From positions 211,605-275,604 of the forward strand of contig CAVQBK010000003.1 of assembly GCA_963710755.1 (NCBI GenBank): a stretch of 64,000 nt of DNA. Direction: 5' to 3'. The notes under the pieces were generated by a model, which saw only the letters and a program-made list of their open reading frames with translations, was not told the DNA's origin and searched no databases. Every line of letters starts with the position of its first letter. Positions within the stretch are counted from its first letter, which is position 1. The translations under genes and the position numbers were made by a program. Positions 57,313 through 64,000 of this stretch are shown piece by piece. This DNA comes from an uncultured bacterium (GTDB lineage: Bacteria > Oederibacteriota > JAAXVQ01 > JAUVAV01).

Positions 57313-60300
57313 TCAACGGATGATGGCCAGTTTTTTAATGTGGCCTTTTTGTCTTAACCCGTTTTTCGTCAAGTTAAGGCGGTAATAGTAAAGACCGGGC
57401 GGTATAGCGTGCGCGTCCCAAGCCACCCGGTTAATGGCGGGATGGTACTCCTGCACTATGGCAATTCTTTCGCCGGCCAGGTTAAAAATCTCTATGGCCA
57501 CCCTGTCCACCTTTTGCGGCGGATAAGCAAAATAAATGATTCCCCGGCCCGGATTAGGATAACTGAGCACATCGGCCACACTGATCCAGGCCGGCGTTGC
57601 GGTTACCGTGGCCGTGGGCGTACTTGCCCCAACCAAGGCGGGTACAGCCACAGTTTGGGTGCCTGCGCTCTCACCGCGGTCATTGACAGCTGTAAGCTTA
57701 TAATAATAACCTTGTCCGTCCTGGACTTGGGTATCGTCCCACAAGGGTGCTTCTTCCCATTGATAAGATTTTTGTCCTATCAGGTTGCCTGCCTGGCAGT
57801 TCACCTCGGCCTGCGTTGACCGGTAAATATTATATTGGATGAGCTTCTCAGCCTGGTTGTTTTGCTGCCAGGTGAGACGGATAAGGGTCTGCACCCGTTC
57901 TGCGCTCAAGCCTTGTGGTATGGTCGCCAGTGGAATGACAGGCACCCCCATAACTGGGCTGGACAAAGAACCGGCATGATTTTGATTATCATAGGCGCAG
58001 ACCTGGTAATAGTAGGCTGTGCCATTAACGGTCAGCGTATCTCCCCATGCCTGCGCCGTGGCCCCCACCCAGGCCAGCGGTGTATTGCCCATGGCCGTGG
58101 CATTCAGGCCTCGCCAGATCTGATAGCCTGCCAGGGGATAGGTGCCGGCCATTGCCGGCTGCCAAGTAAGATCCAGGCGTTCATCCCCGGCGGTGATGGT
58201 CAATTGCCCCGGTACACCGGGTAAGTGCATGGGTATCACAACCGCTTCCGGCGAGTAACCGCTGCGATTACCGGCGCTGTCCTCGCTTTTAATTTTATAA
58301 TAATAAGCCACGCCGTTGCTCAAAGGTGCGTCTGTATAGGTAGTAACCGGCACATAGGCTCCATTGACAGGGGGGTCTGTTTGGCCGTCTGACAGGGGCG
58401 CGCGATAAACCTGATAGCCTTTGAGGCTCAGGCTGCCGGGTACCCCGGGCAGCCAAGCCAGCCGGGCTGATCCATTGCCCGCCTGCACGCTGACTTGGGC
58501 AGGCGGCAGGGGTGCCACGAACCCGGCCGTAGGCACGCAGGTACATTCCGCGGAAAAGCCACAGGTGTTGCCCGCACTATCAATGGCCGAGACCCGGTAA
58601 TAATAAGTCGTGCCGTTGCTTAACCCTGTATCCGTGATCCAAGGTTCGTCCAAAGGCTGCGCATTGACGGGCGTGGTATTACCACTGGCGGCCACGGTGC
58701 TGCGGTAATAATGATAGCCTGTAATGGGATAGGCCGAGCGGGCCGGAACCCAGGCCAAATGAGCCTCCCCCTGGCCTGGATTGGCCACCAGCTGCGAGGG
58801 CGCCTGGTAACCCACCAGTTGAATATCACCCAAACTGGCCGTGCGTCCTACCAGATCACGAGCATTAACGGTCATGGTGTAGAGCCCGACTTGGGCGAGG
58901 GGCTGGGAAGTTAAAAAATAGCCTGTGCCTGGATAAGCGCCCAGACCGGCCCATTGCATGGTAAGGTGCGCCTGGGTGCTCGAGTCGGGCGCCTCAATAT
59001 CACCCCAGCAGGACAATTGACCGAGCAACGTGGCATCATCGCTTGCATCAAGGAAAAGAATATAGGTGGAGCCCAACTCCAGGGCTGCAGTTTCCTGCGC
59101 CCGGTAGGACATGGGCCAGCTTTGGGCCACCCATCCTCCCTTAATCAAGGGGGGATCATGGTCGACGGTGACATTAAAGGCAATAGCAGAGGAAAGATTG
59201 ACAATATCCTGAAAAGCCGTGGCATTACCGGCTCGATCCTGAAACCGGATGGCTACCCGATAATCACCGGCTTGGGCCGTATCCGTAATGGTCACATAGC
59301 AGGGATAAAAGGTAGGTGCAAAATCAATAAGGCTGATACTGGCATCGGGTTTGGTGATTTTTAGTGTTCCCTGCAGGGTTGCGCCTGAGTCGTCGCTGAC
59401 CAGGGCTTGTACGGTCGCTTGTCCGTTGGGCGCCAGATAACTGGGGGTGAGACTGGCGGTTTGGATGACCGGCGCTGTGGTATCAGTCGCAACCTCGAGT
59501 GTTAGCGGGCCTTGCTGGGATTCGTTGCATGATATATCGAGAGCGTGGAAAACCAGGTGATAGGTCCCGGTTTGGCCGGTGTCCTGGAAGCACCCGGTAT
59601 AGAGCGACGACAGGCCCTGCCGGGATAAGGGTTGTTCTCTGGTTTCCGCATTGGGCAGCGTCACCTCGACCCAGACATGAGAAGAGACATCGTCATTATC
59701 CGTGGCGGTGATGGAGCAGGCCACGGCTTGATAGGCCGTGATGGCGGTTGGTTGAATGGCTGCCTGTAATAAAGCCGGCCCGGTATGATCTCCGGGCAGG
59801 CGGTAATCCATTTCCAAAGTGGGATCGCCGAGAAAATTATAGGTGTACATCGTTCCCGGCAGGCATTGATAGTAAAGGGTGCTGGGCCGTACCCGGCCAT
59901 TATCATAGTAAGCGGCCTTAAACAGTTTAAAAATACGCACCACCGGATCCTGGGCAGGCTCACCGAAATACATGATCCGATTAGCCCCCACATAGGCCAA
60001 GGCACCGCCATGCTCAATTTCAAAGAAGCTCTTGCCAATATTGTCCACCACATCAAAGGTTCCGGTATAACATGCCGAGGCCACCACAAAAGGCAGGCGC
60101 TGGCCGTTCTGGAGTTGGCGCACGTGCCAGCTCGTCAATCCCACGTTGGCCCAGCCTGCATTATTGCCATGCCCCAGGTATCCTACTACCCCGCAGCCTG
60201 CATTGAGCGCGGCCACGATGGTGTTGCCCTGACTAGCGTCGGCTATGGTCACAGGGGTGAACTTGTTGATCCCGGTTAGTTGATCATCCAGCCAGCCGGT

Positions 60301-60834
60301 ATAGACCATGGTCTTGGACCAGGTGCTGACCGCAGGAAAGGTTGCCCAGAGGGTGCTGATTTTTTGGGCTTGCCCGGCGTCAGCCGCGGGCAGACGCCCG
60401 CCAAAAATTGTGGCGCCGGTTTCGCTGTAGCCATCTCCATTAAGCTTAAAATAATAACCGTCGTAAACCACGTTATTGTATCGCCGAACCGGTATATGAC
60501 TGGCATCCCCGGCCAGCAAAGCATAGGAGATGGCCCAGGTGGCATAGGCGTCTTGTAAATAGGCGCGTATTTTTTCCTGTGTATCTGCGCCGGGATAAGC
60601 GGCGGTTATAGCTTCCAGCGCAACGACCCGGGTTTGCACCCCTTGATTATTTTTGGCTATCACATAAGCATCAAAAGCCGTCTGCCAGGCGCTGGGTGTG
60701 ATGATGACATAATCCGCCGGTGCGCCGGTACACAACCCGGCTGGTGCTAACCGGGCTAATCCTAAAAGCGTGATCAGCACTCCTAGGCGAACCAACGCGC
60801 GACGCATGCGCTTAAGGCTCCAAGGGGAGGCCAA
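57313..60834 (-). CDS. Gingipain-like cysteine peptidase (C25 family) with FN3-like repeats and T9SS-type CTD (1173 aa)
   Basis: Catalytic His GVVGYLGHGNNAGW and Cys PFVVASACYTGTFD in the N-terminal domain. Several FN3-like YYY(R/K)(V/I)SA(I/E)DSAGN repeats. C-terminal SYPNPGRGIIYF...IEIFNLAGERI...GLYYYRLNLTKNGLRQKGHIKKLAIIR. Confidence 0.7.
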   Translation of the reverse strand: MASPWSLKRMRRALVRLGVLITLLGLARLAPAGLCTGAPADYVIITPSAWQTAFDAYVIAKNNQGVQTRVVALEAITAAYPGADTQEKIRAYLQDAYATWAISYALLAGDASHIPVRRYNNVVYDGYYFKLNGDGYSETGATIFGGRLPAADAGQAQKISTLWATFPAVSTWSKTMVYTGWLDDQLTGINKFTPVTIADASQGNTIVAALNAGCGVVGYLGHGNNAGWANVGLTSWHVRQLQNGQRLPFVVASACYTGTFDVVDNIGKSFFEIEHGGALAYVGANRIMYFGEPAQDPVVRIFKLFKAAYYDNGRVRPSTLYYQCLPGTMYTYNFLGDPTLEMDYRLPGDHTGPALLQAAIQPTAITAYQAVACSITATDNDDVSSHVWVEVTLPNAETREQPLSRQGLSSLYTGCFQDTGQTGTYHLVFHALDISCNESQQGPLTLEVATDTTAPVIQTASLTPSYLAPNGQATVQALVSDDSGATLQGTLKITKPDASISLIDFAPTFYPCYVTITDTAQAGDYRVAIRFQDRAGNATAFQDIVNLSSAIAFNVTVDHDPPLIKGGWVAQSWPMSYRAQETAALELGSTYILFLDASDDATLLGQLSCWGDIEAPDSSTQAHLTMQWAGLGAYPGTGYFLTSQPLAQVGLYTMTVNARDLVGRTASLGDIQLVGYQAPSQLVANPGQGEAHLAWVPARSAYPITGYHYYRSTVAASGNTTPVNAQPLDEPWITDTGLSNGTTYYYRVSAIDSAGNTCGFSAECTCVPTAGFVAPLPPAQVSVQAGNGSARLAWLPGVPGSLSLKGYQVYRAPLSDGQTDPPVNGAYVPVTTYTDAPLSNGVAYYYKIKSEDSAGNRSGYSPEAVVIPMHLPGVPGQLTITAGDERLDLTWQPAMAGTYPLAGYQIWRGLNATAMGNTPLAWVGATAQAWGDTLTVNGTAYYYQVCAYDNQNHAGSLSSPVMGVPVIPLATIPQGLSAERVQTLIRLTWQQNNQAEKLIQYNIYRSTQAEVNCQAGNLIGQKSYQWEEAPLWDDTQVQDGQGYYYKLTAVNDRGESAGTQTVAVPALVGASTPTATVTATPAWISVADVLSYPNPGRGIIYFAYPPQKVDRVAIEIFNLAGERIAIVQEYHPAINRVAWDAHAIPPGLYYYRLNLTKNGLRQKGHIKKLAIIR

Positions 60835-61510
60835 AAAAAGCTTCTTGGCTGTTCCATAATTTTTTTTGCAGCTCCCGGTCCACGATATTACGGGGTTGGT
60901 TATCAGGATCCCAGGTGGTGGTCGTAAGTACCACCGCGACCTCTGCCCCCGAAGAAACCAGCAGGCTCTGCGTACGCCCCAGGTATTTAAGCATATACAG
61001 ACGCACGATCAGGACCCGGGCGCTGCCCATGCGCCTGATGGCATAGTCATAATCTTGTTGGGGATAAGCGGCTTGGTTTTGATAGGCTGATCCATCGGCT
61101 TGCGGCGCTTGGGGCCGCGACAAGGTAGGCTGACCGGCAGGGATCACCGGCAGGGCCAGCGGCTGTTGTTGCCAATGGCCGGAGACCGTGATCGCTTTAA
61201 CCTGTGCTTGTTGGGGAATAGATATCCATACCTCCCGGCATGGTAGCAGGGGCTGCCCCGGAATTTGGAGCAAACCTGCATCCCCTTCTGTGGATACCAG
61301 GTGTGTCCAATGGTCGTTGGCCGTGCAGGTAAAGGCCAGGGGAGAAGCATGAAAATGGAGGCGCGCTTCCTGCCGGGAGGCTTCAAAGGCAGCTCTGGCC
61401 GCGGCGCTGGTGAGAACCGGCATTAATAGCAACCACGTTACCATAATACTTACCCCACCGAATCTTGCACGCAAGCCCAGACGGGTCATGGCTATTCCTC
61501 TCTTATCCAT
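60812..61510 (-). CDS. Signal-peptide protein, candidate C25 propeptide domain, in a separate frame overlapping the peptidase start by 23 nt
   Basis: 232 aa with N-terminal hydrophobic signal (VSIMVTWLLLMPVLTSAAARA). Directly upstream of the catalytic domain, where C25 enzymes carry their propeptide. Frame differs, implying a frameshift or a true two-gene arrangement. Confidence 0.4.
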   Translation of the reverse strand: MDKRGIAMTRLGLRARFGGVSIMVTWLLLMPVLTSAAARAAFEASRQEARLHFHASPLAFTCTANDHWTHLVSTEGDAGLLQIPGQPLLPCREVWISIPQQAQVKAITVSGHWQQQPLALPVIPAGQPTLSRPQAPQADGSAYQNQAAYPQQDYDYAIRRMGSARVLIVRLYMLKYLGRTQSLLVSSGAEVAVVLTTTTWDPDNQPRNIVDRELQKKLWNSQEAFFGLPLEP

Positions 61511-61703
61511 ACATATTCAGCTTTATCGGCTAGGCGCTGATGTCCAAAGGTAGCGCATTGTACCATGATAAGCGGAAAGGAATAAACCATGCTTTTATAT
61601 GTCATCCCAAGTGAGGCCACTGGCAGGTCCTTGCGCTATTAGCATGTCAATAGACCGGGCGGAGGAGGCTCGGCCGGAACCTAAATCGTGCCCTCAACCC
61701 TGG

Positions 61704-62477
61704 TTAGGCCGCTATTTCTTCCAGCAGCATGGTCTTGAGGAGGAGTTCGATTTTTTCCGGTGTGTGCAGGTATTCGGTATTCACCAGCTGCGCGATTTTG
61801 TGCATGACCAGATGGCTGATAGCGCCTTTGGCCAGCTTGCGGTTGGTAAAGTTCTCGTTATGAATGACAATAGGCTTGCCGATTTTGATATGACAACGGG
61901 CGATGCCGGGCAGTTTTTTATGCCGCGGCCAGGCCTGGTAAAACCCATTTAACCCTACCGGCACAATAGGCACATTGGCTTCCATCACCAGACTGCCCAC
62001 GCCTTCTGCCGCCGGTTTGATGCGGCCGTCATCAGAGCGGGTGCCTTCCGGAAAAATGGCCACCATCTCCCCATTGGCCAGACGGTCTTTCATCTGGACA
62101 AAGACATTTTTTACAGACTTCAAGTTGGTGTAGTCAATAATAATACTGTTGGAATGAACCAGGAATTTTTTCCAAAAGGGACTCTCATATAGTTTGTGTT
62201 TGGCCAGAAAATGCAGCTTCTTTTTCAAACGGTGTTTAAACAAGGGGTAACAAATACAGAAATCAAGATAACTGACATGATTGAACACGAAAACACAGGG
62301 CCCTTGGGGAATGTTTTCCACACCGCTTATCTTGCCCCGCAACACCAAATAAAAGTAAAGTTCAAATAAAGAGCCCATGATGTCGATATAAAAAAGATTG
62401 AAGAGCTTGTTCCACCATCTTTTCATTTGCTTAACCTCTTTTCGCCATACTCTGGTAATACTATAGTGTCGTGACAA
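61704..62477 (-). CDS. plsC: 1-acyl-sn-glycerol-3-phosphate acyltransferase (lysophospholipid acyltransferase)
   Basis: HVSYLDF (HxxxxD) and FPEGTRS motifs. Confidence 0.8.
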   Translation of the reverse strand: MSRHYSITRVWRKEVKQMKRWWNKLFNLFYIDIMGSLFELYFYLVLRGKISGVENIPQGPCVFVFNHVSYLDFCICYPLFKHRLKKKLHFLAKHKLYESPFWKKFLVHSNSIIIDYTNLKSVKNVFVQMKDRLANGEMVAIFPEGTRSDDGRIKPAAEGVGSLVMEANVPIVPVGLNGFYQAWPRHKKLPGIARCHIKIGKPIVIHNENFTNRKLAKGAISHLVMHKIAQLVNTEYLHTPEKIELLLKTMLLEEIAA

Positions 62478-62659
62478 TCCCGCTTCAGCCTTAGGCCTTT
62501 TTGCAGTCAGGACTATTTATTTTTGGACCAAAGGCCCGCGCCCCGTGAAAACGGCCGGCCCCCATCCTGGTGCCTGTTGCAAGCCGTGGCAATGCTTGAC
62601 ACCTCTTGAACGCTGTGTTTTGATAAGCACATATCGATTATGCCTAAAGGATGTGAACC

Positions 62660-63604
62660 ATGAGTGTTTCCATTAAAAGCATCTGGACGCTGGGCCTGGG
62701 TGGTGTGGGCGGTTATGTGGGCGGCCGTATTGCCGAGGCCTTGACCAAACATCCGGGCAGGCAGCATATTTATTTCATTGCCCGCGGCGAACACCTGCGC
62801 GCCATTCAACAGCAGGGATTGCGGCTCATGCTTCATGATAATCAACCCTTAATCGGCCATCCCGCCTTGGCTACCGATGATATGAGTCAATTGCCGCTGC
62901 CGGAATTGGTCATTGTGGCCGTCAAGAGCTATGATTTGCAAACGGCCTTAAAGCCGCTGGTCCCCTATGTACGGCCCGGCACCATTATCCTGCCTTTATT
63001 AAACGGCATTGACATTGTGGAGCGTTGCCGCCGGGTATTGCCTGAAGCTATTATTCTGCCGGCCTGCATTTACGTGGGCGTGCATAAGGAAGGCCCGGGG
63101 GTGATCCGCCAGCAAGGCCGGGAAAATAAGATCATCTTTGGCCCTGATCCAAAACATCTGGATCTCAACCTGACTTCCTTAAAAACGGTTTTAACCCGGG
63201 CCCATTTAAACTGCGACGAACACTATAATCCCTGGCCGGCCATCTGGTCCAAATACCTGTTCATCGCGCCGCTGGGGTTGGTCACCTCCGCTTATAATAA
63301 AACCCTGGGTGAGGTGGCCAACGACCCCAGCCTGCTCCATCAAGTACGCCTGGTAATGGAAGAGACCCGCGCCCTGGCTCTGGCTAAAGATATTGTGCTG
63401 CCCAAGGATATTGTGGAAAGCACTTTAAAAAAACTCCGTGATTTCCCACCGGAGACTAAAACCTCCTACCAGCGCGATGTGGAAACTCCGGGCAAAGCCA
63501 ACGAAGGCGAACTATTCGGCCCTACCATTATCCGGCTGGGCCAAGAGCTCAACCGCGCCACACCCATGACGGAAAAACTAACGGCCTTGCTTGGCCTGGC
63601 ATGA
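62660..63604 (+). CDS. panE: 2-dehydropantoate 2-reductase (ketopantoate reductase, ApbA/PanE family)
   Basis: N-terminal Rossmann motif LGLGGVGGYVGG. Length 314 aa. Conserved K/E positions typical of the family. Confidence 0.7.
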   Translation: MSVSIKSIWTLGLGGVGGYVGGRIAEALTKHPGRQHIYFIARGEHLRAIQQQGLRLMLHDNQPLIGHPALATDDMSQLPLPELVIVAVKSYDLQTALKPLVPYVRPGTIILPLLNGIDIVERCRRVLPEAIILPACIYVGVHKEGPGVIRQQGRENKIIFGPDPKHLDLNLTSLKTVLTRAHLNCDEHYNPWPAIWSKYLFIAPLGLVTSAYNKTLGEVANDPSLLHQVRLVMEETRALALAKDIVLPKDIVESTLKKLRDFPPETKTSYQRDVETPGKANEGELFGPTIIRLGQELNRATPMTEKLTALLGLA

Positions 63605-64000
63605 ACCCTGCGGCGACTAGGCCCAAAGTCCTGGTCCCTGGAAGTGTGCTGCTCGATCACTATGCGGATAGCGGCCGGCGCTTTCTGGGCGGTGCTTGTT
63701 TTAATTTTGCCTACCATATGCATCATCTTTTGGGAAACGTGGATTTTTTAAGCCGTGTGGGCCACGATGACGCCGGGCAATTTATTCTGACAGAACTCGA
63801 ACGCCGTCACTTTCCCACCCATTTAATCCAAAAGGACTTGCACAAGCCCACTAAAACCGTGCAGGTCCGGAAGGATGACCACCATGAGCCTTATTACCTT
63901 ATCAGCCGTGACGTGGCCACGGACTATTTGGAGATGCCGGGCCTGACCGATACACAATTAAAGGCTTACCAGTTGGTTTATTTCGGCACCACCATTCAAA
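63601..64000 (+). CDS. PfkB-family carbohydrate kinase, N-terminal part (continues beyond window)
   Basis: ATG at 63601 overlaps the panE stop (ATGA). VLVPGSVLLDH...GGACFNFAYHM is the ribokinase-like N-terminal pattern. Not in the ORF track because it is truncated. Confidence 0.55.
   Translation, partial: MNPAATRPKVLVPGSVLLDHYADSGRRFLGGACFNFAYHMHHLLGNVDFLSRVGHDDAGQFILTELERRHFPTHLIQKDLHKPTKTVQVRKDDHHEPYYLISRDVATDYLEMPGLTDTQLKAYQLVYFGTTIQ

Overview
High-GC bacterial chromosome segment with four distinct parts. The organism is unknown; T9SS-type C-terminal sorting domains suggest an FCB-group-like lineage, which I cannot verify.

Part 1 (1-13.3 kb, minus strand): an operon of phage-tail-like genes. 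It encodes sheath, tube, a Pro-rich tape-measure-like protein, a DUF4255 terminator, an AAA+ ATPase, a second tube-fold protein, LysM gpX, gpD hub, gpV spike, PAAR, gp25 and a baseplate-J protein cut off by the window edge. The AAA+ ATPase plus DUF4255, with no capsid or T6SS membrane genes, marks this as an extracellular contractile injection system (eCIS), not a prophage or T6SS. An 831-aa DUF4157 (HExxH) protein is transcribed divergently from the operon and is a candidate cargo toxin.

Part 2 (16.5-22.8 kb): a small tautomerase gene, then a cytochrome bo3-type quinol oxidase operon (cyoABCD, a heme A synthase-like gene, cyoE). The cyoE gene is visibly AT-rich compared with its neighbours.

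Part 3 (about 22.9-45.7 kb): an AT-poorer, repeat-dense accessory and defence island. It contains hicAB, a duplicated divergent pair of a small protein and an XRE regulator, a 220-bp MITE family (three full copies plus end fragments), and a DUF3800 gene. It also contains a 1778-aa STAND-type NTPase with an N-terminal Cap4-like (DUF4297) nuclease-like domain, which I score as the most interesting candidate system. Further contents are fragments of an IS200-like Y1 transposase, an orphan SdpR/SdpI-like pair, a Panacea-domain TA pair, three tandem class-II Fic genes, and a HepT/MntA pair. The HepT/MntA pair and the third Fic gene are bracketed by 237-bp near-identical direct repeats that each carry a Cys-rich mini-ORF.

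Part 4 (45.7-64 kb): a beta-carbonic anhydrase, a DUF2148 protein, Bat-like vWA/TPR proteins, and three large secreted proteins with Thr/Pro linkers and T9SS-type C-terminal sorting domains (a beta-helix protein, a gingipain-like C25 peptidase and one of unknown function). These are followed by plsC, panE and a partial PfkB kinase.

No rRNA, tRNA or CRISPR array was recognised. All homology calls are from reading the translated sequence, not from database searches.
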